Shown: piece after piece, positions 1 to 8,134 of the stretch | Position numbering within the stretch: the first letter of the stretch is position 1 | Layout of the letters: each line of letters opens with the position of its first letter | Origin: Pelagerythrobacter marensis | Lineage (GTDB): Bacteria > Pseudomonadota > Alphaproteobacteria > Sphingomonadales > Sphingomonadaceae | Length of the DNA: 32,000 nt | Reading direction: 5' to 3' | Assembly (NCBI RefSeq): GCF_001028625.1 | Contig: NZ_CP011805.1 | Location: 792,498-824,497 of the forward strand | Translations under genes and position numbers: made by a program | The notes under the pieces: model-generated | What the model saw: the letters and a program-made list of their open reading frames with translations, nothing else | Databases searched by the model: none | Told to the model about the DNA's origin: nothing

Positions 1-66
1 GTCTCGCGATCCCGCGTCAGGATCGATCCGCGGGTTCTGCGCATGGGCATGGGGGCATCGCAATGA
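1..66 (+). CDS. C-terminal fragment of an upstream gene, possibly a YfiR-family (DUF4154) periplasmic protein
   Basis: Open frame from base 1 ends at TGA 64-66 (...SRSRVRIDPRVLRMGMGASQ*) and overlaps the ATG at 63 of the next gene (ATGA). The tail loosely resembles a YfiR C-terminus and sits directly before YfiN/YfiB-like genes. The assignment is mostly contextual. Confidence 0.35.
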   Translation, partial: VSRSRVRIDPRVLRMGMGASQ

Positions 67-1301
67 GCGCCGCCGATCGCGCCCCGACCGAGGGCCTGCC
101 CTTGCGCAAGATGCTGGCGAGGGGGCATTTCCGCCTGGTCATCCTGGCGGTCTTGCTTGCCGCAGTGACCTTGACCGTCAGCGGCGTCATGCTGATTCGC
201 AGCCACTCCGCTGCCAACGCGGTCCTTACGGCGCGCACCGTCAGCTACGCGGTCGAACCGGCCGTTCTGTTCGACGACGCAGGCGCGATAAGCGATGCGA
301 TCGAGACGATCGGTAATATCGGCGGCGCGGACCGCATCGTCGTCACCGACGCGCGCGGCAATCCGCTGGCGGACTGGGAAACCGATCATGACGGTCTCAC
401 CGGCTCGGTGGAAGCGCTTGTTTCCGGGGCACTCCGCGGGCCGGCCGTGGTCGTTCCGGTCGCAAGCGGGGGGCGGGAGATCGGATCGGTGACCGTGCAC
501 GGCAGCCTCGCCGATATGCTGCATTATGCAACGACCGGTTTCATCATCGCGCTGTGCTGCCTCGGCCTGACGATCATTGCCACACGCGTACTTGCCCGGC
601 GGCTGGAGGAAGCGGTCGTCGCTCCGCTGGAACATGTTGGCGAGATCGCCCATGCCGTTCGCGCCGATCGTACGTTCGGGCGTCGCGTTACTGTGTCGGG
701 AATTGCGGAGATCGACCGTTTCGCCCGAGATTTCAATGCATTGCTGGCTGAACTGCAAAGCTGGCACGAGGCGTTGTTGTCTGAAAATGTCGAACTCGCG
801 CGACGGGCGGAGCACGACGCGCTGACCGGGCTGGCCGGGCGGCGGCGGTTCGAACGCGATAGCCGGCATATTATCGAACGGGCCCGATCGGAGGGGACCT
901 CGTTTGCGGTCCTCTATCTCGATTGCAACGATTTCAAGGCCATCAACGACGATTTCGGCCACGACGTCGGCGACATGGTTCTGTGCGCGATTGCCGATCG
1001 TTTGCAGAACAGCGTTGGCGATTGCGGGCACATATATCGGTTCGGCGGCGACGAGTTCGCGGTGGTTCTGCCCCAGACCGGCGAGGAGACTTTCGTCAGC
1101 GACATTTGCGACAGCATCCGCGACGCGATGGCCGAACCTTTCACCCTGGCCTTGCGCAAGGAACGGCAGCTCAGCGTGAGCCTGGGGCGTGCGGTCTATC
1201 CGCGAGATGGCGACAACTGGCGCGAACTGCTGCGCGTGGCCGACAAACGCATGTATCAGGAGAAGAAGAATGTTCCGAGCGAACCGGTTGATGCGAGCTA
1301 G
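63..1301 (+). CDS. Membrane diguanylate cyclase (YfiN/TpbB-like: TM, periplasmic CHASE8-like region, HAMP, GGDEF)
   Basis: N-terminal TM LVILAVLLAAVTLTVSGVML, second TM FIIALCCLGLTIIATRVLARRL, HAMP-like linker, then AEHDALTGLAGRRRFERD...YRFGGDEFAVVLPQTGEE with an intact GGDEF motif. Confidence 0.92.
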   Translation: MSAADRAPTEGLPLRKMLARGHFRLVILAVLLAAVTLTVSGVMLIRSHSAANAVLTARTVSYAVEPAVLFDDAGAISDAIETIGNIGGADRIVVTDARGNPLADWETDHDGLTGSVEALVSGALRGPAVVVPVASGGREIGSVTVHGSLADMLHYATTGFIIALCCLGLTIIATRVLARRLEEAVVAPLEHVGEIAHAVRADRTFGRRVTVSGIAEIDRFARDFNALLAELQSWHEALLSENVELARRAEHDALTGLAGRRRFERDSRHIIERARSEGTSFAVLYLDCNDFKAINDDFGHDVGDMVLCAIADRLQNSVGDCGHIYRFGGDEFAVVLPQTGEETFVSDICDSIRDAMAEPFTLALRKERQLSVSLGRAVYPRDGDNWRELLRVADKRMYQEKKNVPSEPVDAS

Positions 1302-1803
1302 TTTCCTTCGACTGCGCGTCTTGATCGTCGCTGTCGGCCTGGGCCTGGTCGCGGCCTGCCAAACCGTGCCCGCCCAGCCTGATTTCACACCCGAACAGGT
1401 GGCCGCGCTGGAAAAGGCCGGGTTCTCTCGCGAAGACGGCAACTATCTGCTGGGTATTCCTGATCGACTGCTGTTCGAATTCGACAGCTCCGAATTGTTG
1501 GCGGAACGGCGGGCGGCGTTGAGGGAGATGGCGACGGCGCTGTCGGATGTCGGCATTCTCGGAGCCCGGATCGAAGGACATACCGATTCTGTCGGAGCCG
1601 AAGACTACAATCAGGAACTGTCCTATCGACGGGCCGAAACTGTCATGCGGGCGCTCGCATCCGGTGGGATGGATGCTGGCGCCATGCAGGTTCTCGGGAT
1701 GGGGGAAACCGATCCCATCGATACCAACGAAACGGAAGCGGGCCGCAGCCAGAACCGCAGGGTTGTTATCATAGTCACCCCCACTGCCGTGCTTCCTGTG
1801 TGA
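1291..1803 (+). CDS. OmpA-family outer-membrane lipoprotein (YfiB-like)
   Basis: Internal start at 1291 in ORF 1189..1803, overlapping the end of the cyclase gene. Lipoprotein-type signal MRASFLRLRVLIVAVGLGLVAAC. OmpA C-terminal motifs: LLFEFDSSEL...IEGHTDSVGAEDYNQELSYRRAETV...GRSQNRRVVI. Confidence 0.88.
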   Translation: MRASFLRLRVLIVAVGLGLVAACQTVPAQPDFTPEQVAALEKAGFSREDGNYLLGIPDRLLFEFDSSELLAERRAALREMATALSDVGILGARIEGHTDSVGAEDYNQELSYRRAETVMRALASGGMDAGAMQVLGMGETDPIDTNETEAGRSQNRRVVIIVTPTAVLPV

Positions 1804-1914
1804 AAGAATGCAAAAGCGGCCTGCCCACGCGTTTGCATGTCAGGCACTTGCCAGCGGGGCCGGCGTTCATTAGGGCGAAAGCCAATTCCTAACCCCAATC
1901 CAAGAGGGCATAAC

Positions 1915-2151
1915 ATGAGCGATACCGCCGACCGCGTGCAGAAGATCGTTGTCGAGCATCTGGGCGTCGAAGCCGACAAGGTCACGCAGGATGCGAGCTT
2001 CATCGATGACCTGGGCGCTGACAGCCTCGACATCGTCGAGCTGGTAATGGCATTCGAAGAAGAATTCGGGGTCGAGATCCCGGACGATGCGGCCGAAAAG
2101 ATCACCACTGTCGGCGACGCGACGAAGTACATCGAAGAACACAAAGGCTAA
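1915..2151 (+). CDS. acpP: Acyl carrier protein
   Basis: 78 aa acidic protein [67 protein letters not shown] phosphopantetheine site, adjacent fabF. Confidence 0.98.
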   Translation: MSDTADRVQKIVVEHLGVEADKVTQDASFIDDLGADSLDIVELVMAFEEEFGVEIPDDAAEKITTVGDATKYIEEHKG

Positions 2152-2253
2152 GCCGGCGGAAGGCCGCTTCCGTTCGCCTGATTCCTGCCCCGCAGCCGCG
2201 CAGGCAGGGAACGAGCGAAGGGAAGGGGCAGTTTCCGCATAGCCGGGAACGAG

Positions 2254-2288
2254 CAGGCTCAGCCCGGACGGGTTGGGCCTGTTGTTCT
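2254..2288 (+). terminator. Candidate rho-independent terminator or attenuator between acpP and fabF
   Basis: AGGCTCAGCCC (2255-2265) - GGAC loop - GGGTTGGGCCT (2270-2280) forms a continuous 11-pair stem including G-U pairs. C2254/G2281 extends it, and GTTGTTCT follows. Confidence 0.5.
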
Positions 2289-2322
2289 ATCTGGCGGATT
2301 TATCGGATATTCGGAGATACAG

Positions 2323-3582
2323 ATGCGCCGTGTGGTCGTTACTGGATTGGGTCTTGTCACCCCGCTTGGCGGTGATGTCGAAACCACCTGGGCCAACCTG
2401 ATCGAGGGCAAGAGCGGGGCGGGAACCATCACCCGTTTCGATGCGAGCAACCAGAAGTGCACCATCGCCTGCGAGGTGAAGCCCAAGGATCACGCATGGG
2501 GTTTCGACCCCGACAAGCGTGTCGATCACAAGGTGCAGCGCCAGGTCGATCCCTTCATCGTCTATGGTATCGATGCCGCTGGTCAGGCGCTGGAAGATGC
2601 CGGTCTTGTCGAGATGGACGACGATCTGAAGCTGCGCACGGGCGTTTCGATTGGTTCGGGGATCGGCGGATTGCCGGGAATCGAAAGCGAATCGATCGTC
2701 CTGCACGAACGCGGACCTGGCCGGGTCTCCCCTCATTTTGTCCACGGTCGGCTGATCAACCTCATCAGTGGCCAGGTGTCGATCAAGTACGGGCTGATGG
2801 GCCCCAACCACGCCGTAGTTACTGCCTGCTCCACCGGCGCTCATTCGATCGGCGATGCCGCGCGGATGATCCGCGATGGCGATGCCGACGTGATGTTGGC
2901 GGGCGGTGCGGAATCGACCATCAACCCCCTCGGCGTTGCCGGCTTCGCGCAGGCGCGTGCTCTCAATATGAGCATGAACGACAACCCGGAGAAGGCGAGC
3001 CGCCCTTACGACCGTGATCGCGATGGTTTCGTTATGGGCGAGGGGGCCGGCGTGGTCGTGCTCGAAGAATACGAACATGCCAAGGCACGCGGCGCGAAAA
3101 TTTATGCCGAAGTGGTCGGATACGGTCTTTCGGGTGACGCCTACCACGTGACCGCGCCCCATCCCGAAGGGAAGGGCGCCGAACTGGCCATGCGCATGGC
3201 GATCAAGAAGGCGGGGCTGGGCGAAGGCGACATCGATTATGTCAATGCCCACGGAACGTCCACGATGGCCGATACGATTGAACTCGGCGCGGTGAAGCGC
3301 GTTCTGGGGGATGATCTTGGCGGTGCCTCGATGTCGAGCACGAAATCGGCCATTGGTCACCTTCTGGGCGGCGCCGGTGCGGTGGAGAGCATTTTCTGTA
3401 TCCTTGCGATCCGCGATCAGATCGTCCCGCCGACGCTCAATCTAGACAACCCGGACGAGGGCACCGAAGGCGTCGACCTGGTCCCCCACAACGCAAAGAA
3501 GCGTGAAGTTTCTGCCGTGCTGAACAACAGTTTCGGTTTCGGCGGTACCAACGCCAGCCTGGTGATGAAGAAGGTCGACTGA
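2323..3582 (+). CDS. fabF: Beta-ketoacyl-ACP synthase II
   Basis: MRRVVVTGLGLVTPLGGDVETTW, nucleophile context VTACSTGAHSIGDA, catalytic His contexts NAHGTSTMADTIE and KSAIGHLLGGAGAVE, C-term NNSFGFGGTNASLV. Follows acpP. Confidence 0.98.
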   Translation: MRRVVVTGLGLVTPLGGDVETTWANLIEGKSGAGTITRFDASNQKCTIACEVKPKDHAWGFDPDKRVDHKVQRQVDPFIVYGIDAAGQALEDAGLVEMDDDLKLRTGVSIGSGIGGLPGIESESIVLHERGPGRVSPHFVHGRLINLISGQVSIKYGLMGPNHAVVTACSTGAHSIGDAARMIRDGDADVMLAGGAESTINPLGVAGFAQARALNMSMNDNPEKASRPYDRDRDGFVMGEGAGVVVLEEYEHAKARGAKIYAEVVGYGLSGDAYHVTAPHPEGKGAELAMRMAIKKAGLGEGDIDYVNAHGTSTMADTIELGAVKRVLGDDLGGASMSSTKSAIGHLLGGAGAVESIFCILAIRDQIVPPTLNLDNPDEGTEGVDLVPHNAKKREVSAVLNNSFGFGGTNASLVMKKVD

Positions 3583-3583
3583 C

Positions 3584-4555
3584 ATGCGGCGCAAGGGCTG
3601 CCTGGCCATCGCGGTGCTTGGCGCCCTTGCGCTGTTGGCTGCCGTGTTCGGGGCCAGGTTCGCCTTCGGCAATGCTCAGGTGGAGGAGGAAACGGCGTTT
3701 ATCGTTCCCTCCGGCTCGACGCTGACCGCTGTCGCGCACAAGCTGGAAAACGAGGGCCTGATCACTTCGGCGGACGGGTTTCTCCTCCGAGCGAAGCTGT
3801 TTGGCGGGTCCGATCCAATCCAGGCGGGGGAATTCCTGCTGCCGGCCGGTATCGGAATGGGCGGCATTCTCGATACTTTCCAGCAAGGCGACGTAATCCG
3901 GCGCTTCATCACCATTCCCGAGGGCACCCCCTCGATATTGATCCATGAAAGGCTGATAGCGGAACCGCTTCTGACCGGAGAGATCCCGGTACCGGAAGAA
4001 GGGTCGGTGCTGCCCGACACCTACGATTTCGAGCGGGGGGAAGCACGCACCGCGGTGCTGGCGCGAATGCAGGCCGCCATGCGTAACTATCTGGCCGAGG
4101 CCTGGCCCCGCAGAGGCCCTGATATTGCGGTCGACACCGTGGAAGAGGCGGTGACGCTGGCTTCGATCGTGGAGAAGGAAACCGCGCTCCCCAGCGAACG
4201 CAGGATGGTCGCGGGCCTTTATTCGAACCGGTTGAAGCAGGGCATGTACCTTCAGGCGGACCCGACGATCATATATCCGATAACCCGTGGGAGGCCGCTG
4301 GGCCGCAGAATCCGCCAGTCGGAGATCGCGGCGGTCAACGACTACAACACCTATGCCATGGCCGGGCTGCCGAAAGGCCCGATCACCAATCCCGGCCGCG
4401 AAAGCATTGCAGCCGTACTCGATCCGGCGACGACCGACGCGCTTTATATGGTGGCGGATGGCACCGGCGGGCACGAGTTCAACGCCGACTACGCCGCGCA
4501 TCAGGATGCGGTGGACAAGTGGTTCGATCTTCGCCGGAAACGCGGGGAAATGTGA
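3584..4555 (+). CDS. mltG: Endolytic murein transglycosylase MltG
   Basis: N-terminal TM, LysM-like region, IVEKETALPSERRMVAGLYSNRLKQGMYLQADPTIIY, TYAMAGLPKGPITNPGRESI, ALYMVADGTGGHEF. Downstream of acpP-fabF. Confidence 0.96.
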   Translation: MRRKGCLAIAVLGALALLAAVFGARFAFGNAQVEEETAFIVPSGSTLTAVAHKLENEGLITSADGFLLRAKLFGGSDPIQAGEFLLPAGIGMGGILDTFQQGDVIRRFITIPEGTPSILIHERLIAEPLLTGEIPVPEEGSVLPDTYDFERGEARTAVLARMQAAMRNYLAEAWPRRGPDIAVDTVEEAVTLASIVEKETALPSERRMVAGLYSNRLKQGMYLQADPTIIYPITRGRPLGRRIRQSEIAAVNDYNTYAMAGLPKGPITNPGRESIAAVLDPATTDALYMVADGTGGHEFNADYAAHQDAVDKWFDLRRKRGEM

Positions 4556-5091
4556 CCGGGGCGCTGATCGTGACGGCCGAGCTGCCGCCCGATCTTCACC
4601 GTTGGGCGACCCGGCTGCGCAGCACACATTATCCGCCGGATCGCAACGTGCTGGAAGCACACGTCACGCTGTTCCATGCGCTGCCCCCGGGCGCCGAAGC
4701 CGAGATGAGCGGACGCCTCGCCAGCATGACGGCGGAATACGCACCGGTTCCGGCACTTCTGGACGGTATTATGTCTTTGGGCGGGGGGACAGCGCTACGC
4801 CTGGTCAGCCCCGGTATGCTCATGCTGCGCCGCCAGCTTGCGGAGGAACTGCACGGTCTGCTGTCTGCTCAGGATCAGGCGGAGCCGAGGTTGCACATCA
4901 CGGTCCAGAACAAGGTTTCGAACCGCGTGGCAAAGGAATTGCAGATGGCGCTGATGGCCCAGATCGAACCGCGCGAATTCCGCTTTACCGGCCTTGCCAT
5001 GCACCGATATCGCGGTGGTCCGTGGGATCTGGTGCGGCGATGGCCGTTCCGGGGAAAAAGCGAGGTTGACCGGGCCTCAAGCCGGCCCTAA
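4552..5091 (+). CDS. 2'-5' RNA ligase / LigT-like phosphoesterase superfamily protein
   Basis: Probable GTG start at 4552 overlaps the mltG stop (GTGA). Two HxT motifs (EAHVTLFHAL, RLHITVQNKV) as in the 2H phosphoesterase superfamily. Confidence 0.75.
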   Translation: MTGALIVTAELPPDLHRWATRLRSTHYPPDRNVLEAHVTLFHALPPGAEAEMSGRLASMTAEYAPVPALLDGIMSLGGGTALRLVSPGMLMLRRQLAEELHGLLSAQDQAEPRLHITVQNKVSNRVAKELQMALMAQIEPREFRFTGLAMHRYRGGPWDLVRRWPFRGKSEVDRASSRP

Positions 5092-5158
5092 ATGCGCCGC
5101 CTGTCCTTGCTTCGGCAAGGGCACGCCGAGCTCGCTTCGCGATCGGCAATGCCCATGG

Positions 5159-5235
5159 GGCGGAGTAGCTCAGGTGGTTAGAGCAGCGGAATCATAATCC
5201 GCGTGTCGGGGGTTCAAGTCCCTCCTCCGCTACCA
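5159..5235 (+). tRNA. tRNA-Met (CAT), elongator type
   Basis: 77 nt cloverleaf: GGCGGAG/CTCCGCT acceptor stem (G-U at 1-72), D arm GCTC/GAGC, anticodon stem-loop GCGGA-ATCATAA-TCCGC (anticodon CAT), T arm GGGGG-TTCAAGT-CCCTC, encoded ACCA 3' end. Confidence 0.95.
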
Positions 5236-5265
5236 TAACGCATTGATAGCCACTGCGCACCGCGT

Positions 5266-5904
5266 TCAGACGAAGGTCCACGGCGTGAAGGCCGTGATGA
5301 CGACGAAATGGGCCACGATGGCCCCGAGCAGGATGGCGGCCCAGCGGCGCGATTTGACGAAGGGCATGGCCAGCAGGATCAACGTGCCGAATATATCGGT
5401 CAGGTCGACAAGCTGGATCATCCACGCGGGCGCGTCGATCTCACGCTCTTGCGAGAAAACCTTGTATCCAATTTCGACCAGGACCCCGATCGCGATTATG
5501 CCGACCCAGATGAAGCGGCGATGTGCCATGTAGTACTCGTCAAAATCGGGCCATGTCTCGGGCTCGTCAGGCCAGAGCGCAGCGCTGATCAGGTAATACC
5601 AGCCAATAACGGCGAGCACGCAGACGAGGCTCAACAGGTGGAGTGGGACATTGCCCTGCACCTCGTACATGAACAGCCAGAAGGTGGCTTGGTGGAACAG
5701 TACGACCGCTGCGGACAGCGGCACCAGCCAGCCGATCCTCACCTGCTGCATTGAGCTGTTCGTATCTGAATAGCTCGAGGTAGATCGACTATGACGGATG
5801 CGGCTACGCAGTTTGAAGGCGCGGACGTAGCCCGCCAGAACCTCGGTCATGGTGAGACCCAAGAGTAACGTAAACAGTTCAAATGTAATATCGAATTCGG
5901 TCAT
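5266..5904 (-). CDS. Integral membrane protein of unknown function
   Basis: 212 aa with several hydrophobic segments (LFTLLLGLTMTEVLAGYV, WLVPLSAAVVLFHQATFWLFM, HLLSLVCVLAVIGWYYLISAALW, WVGIIAIGVLVEIGY, WAAILLGAIVAHFVVITAF). No family recognised. Confidence 0.65.
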   Translation of the reverse strand: MTEFDITFELFTLLLGLTMTEVLAGYVRAFKLRSRIRHSRSTSSYSDTNSSMQQVRIGWLVPLSAAVVLFHQATFWLFMYEVQGNVPLHLLSLVCVLAVIGWYYLISAALWPDEPETWPDFDEYYMAHRRFIWVGIIAIGVLVEIGYKVFSQEREIDAPAWMIQLVDLTDIFGTLILLAMPFVKSRRWAAILLGAIVAHFVVITAFTPWTFV

Positions 5905-6038
5905 ACACCCCCGTCGAAGCTGGAGGTTAGGCCTTGCGCGGGCCCAAAGTCCAGCTTCTCGGCAGGAGCGGCCGATTACAATTCGCGTGTCAGGGGCGAA
6001 CCCCTCCCTCCGCTAACACTGCCAGTATGGCTCGCAGG

Positions 6039-7835
6039 TTACTTGGGCTTGCCTGCAGGGGCGGGCTTGGGGCCCTTGCCCCGCTTACCGCCCTTGTCGG
6101 GGTGCGGGCGGTCCTTGCCCTTGTTTCGTTCGAACTTCTTTCCGCCGGGTCGAGCTTTCGCGCGAGGGCCTCCGCCCTTGTCGTGAGAGTGATGGCGCTT
6201 GCGGTTACCTTTCGCGGCATCGCGAGGTCCGGATTCGGACAGCTCAATCGTCACCGGTTCATCATCGTCGTCGCTCAACACCGTTCTTGCAGCGGCGTCG
6301 GCGAATTTCTCCGCAATATTGCGCGGAATCTGAAAATAGGTTTCGTCCGGCCCGATACGAATGGCGCCGATTTCGTTTCGCGTGATATGGCCGCGGCGGC
6401 AAAGCAGGGGCAGAATCCAGCGGGGATCGGCATTCCGACGACGCCCGATGTCCATGCGAAACCACACCACGTCCTCGAAACCGGGACGGTGGCGTTCCTT
6501 CTGCGCCTCTCGCCGGGCTTCGGGGGTGTTGGCGATCAGATCTTCCGGCTCAGGCATCTTCGAGCGATGAGAATGGACGAGCATCGCCGCAATTTCTGCC
6601 GGAGACCGCTCGGCCAACAGGCGATCGGCTAGCTCGCGATCGCCGTCGTCGATGTCGACCGGTTCCATCAGTTTTTCCAGCAGCCGATCGCGATCCCGCG
6701 ATCTGATCGCATCCCTGTCAGGCGCATCAATCCATTCCGCGGCGATCCGGGCGTGGCGCAGCATGGTTTCGACGCGTCTGCGCCGGGAAAATGGGACGAT
6801 GAGGACCGCCGTCCCCTTTCTTCCGGCGCGTCCGGTGCGTCCGGAGCGGTGTTGCAGGGTCTCTGCGTCGCGGGGTATCTCGACATGGACCACCAGGCTT
6901 AGCGACGGCAGGTCAATACCGCGCGCCGCCACGTCAGTCGCAACGCAAACTCGCGCCCGGCGATCGCGCAGTGCCTGAAGCGCCTGGTTTCGTTCCGACT
7001 GGGAATGCTCACCCGACAGCGCAACCACGGCAAACCCCCGTTCCCGAAGGGTGGCGTGCAGATGCCGGACCTTTTCGCGGGTAGCGCAAAACAGGATCGC
7101 GGTGTCGGCTTCGTGATAGCGCAGGAGATTGACGACAGCGTTTTCGATTTCAGGCGGTGAGACGGTAACCGCCTGATAGGAAATGTCGCCGTGCCCCCGG
7201 CTGTCCCCCACCGTCGCGATGCGCAGGGCATCGCGCTGGTAGCGGCGGGCGAGAGCTTCGATCGGGCGCGGCATGGTCGCCGAAAACAGCAATGTCCGCC
7301 GCGTTTGCGGCGTGGCATCGAGGATTTCTTCCAGTTCCTCGCGAAAGCCCATGTCCAGCATCTCGTCGGCTTCGTCGAGGACCACGGCGGCTAGTTGGGA
7401 CAGGTCGAGCGCACCGCGTTCCAGATGATCGCGCAGGCGGCCCGGCGTGCCGACCACGATGGTCGCCCCGGCACGCAATGCGCTGCGTTCCTGCGACGGG
7501 TTCATCCCGCCCACGCAGGTCGCGATCCGGGCGCCAGTCTTTCCGTACAGCCACGCGAGCTCGCGACTGACCTGCAATGCCAGTTCCCTGGTTGGTGCGA
7601 TCACCAGAGCAAGCGGGGCGCTGGCGGGAGGGACGAGATCGTTCGTGCCGAGCAGTTCGGCCGCCATCGCGAGTCCGAAAGCGATGGTCTTGCCCGAACC
7701 AGTCTGGGCCGAGACGACGAGGTCCCGTCCGTGGGCTTCCGGTTGGAGAACTTCGGCCTGTACCGGAGTGGCGGTTTCATATCCGCGTTCTTGAAGAGCG
7801 GATTCGAGGCTTGGGGGGAGATCAGGAAATGTCAT
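6039..7835 (-). CDS. DEAD-box ATP-dependent RNA helicase, DeaD/DbpA-like, with long basic C-terminal tail
   Basis: Q motif region, AQTGSGKT, PTRELALQ, VLDEADEMLD, LFSATMP, VATDVAARGIDLPSL, HRSGRTGRAGRKG. DbpA-like RNA-binding domain region near WILPLLCRRGHITRNEIGAIRIGPDETYFQI. Tail rich in K/R/G/P. Confidence 0.95.
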   Translation of the reverse strand: MTFPDLPPSLESALQERGYETATPVQAEVLQPEAHGRDLVVSAQTGSGKTIAFGLAMAAELLGTNDLVPPASAPLALVIAPTRELALQVSRELAWLYGKTGARIATCVGGMNPSQERSALRAGATIVVGTPGRLRDHLERGALDLSQLAAVVLDEADEMLDMGFREELEEILDATPQTRRTLLFSATMPRPIEALARRYQRDALRIATVGDSRGHGDISYQAVTVSPPEIENAVVNLLRYHEADTAILFCATREKVRHLHATLRERGFAVVALSGEHSQSERNQALQALRDRRARVCVATDVAARGIDLPSLSLVVHVEIPRDAETLQHRSGRTGRAGRKGTAVLIVPFSRRRRVETMLRHARIAAEWIDAPDRDAIRSRDRDRLLEKLMEPVDIDDGDRELADRLLAERSPAEIAAMLVHSHRSKMPEPEDLIANTPEARREAQKERHRPGFEDVVWFRMDIGRRRNADPRWILPLLCRRGHITRNEIGAIRIGPDETYFQIPRNIAEKFADAAARTVLSDDDDEPVTIELSESGPRDAAKGNRKRHHSHDKGGGPRAKARPGGKKFERNKGKDRPHPDKGGKRGKGPKPAPAGKPK

Positions 7836-8134
7836 GGCACCGGCTTGTATGAAGAGGGGGCACGCAGAAGCGCTGCAATGGCAGGATTGCGCCTGAAATT
7901 GGGGAGAAACGCAAATCGCCTGCGTGTTTCACTGCGCCCCATAGGCCCACACACGGCGTTTGGCTTCCCAAAAATGCGATAAGGTCTGCGGACGGTGGGA
8001 TTCTCCTCCGAGCCGGGGGTGGTTCGGGGGCGAGATCGGGCCAGATTTCAGCCGCATCGACTGCCGGACTTATGGGCACAAGCAATCGTATTCGGGTTTG
8101 ACGCGCGAGTTCGCTCGATTAAGACCCGAGGCGG

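Noticed and set aside
2287-3360. 357 aa minus-strand ORF opposite fabF
   Set aside because: Antisense shadow of an unambiguous fabF coding sequence.
5159-5904. tRNA-Met as a possible integration site for a genomic island
   Set aside because: I found no integrase, no second copy of the tRNA 3' end, and no run of mobile genes. The downstream content is a single membrane protein and then housekeeping genes.
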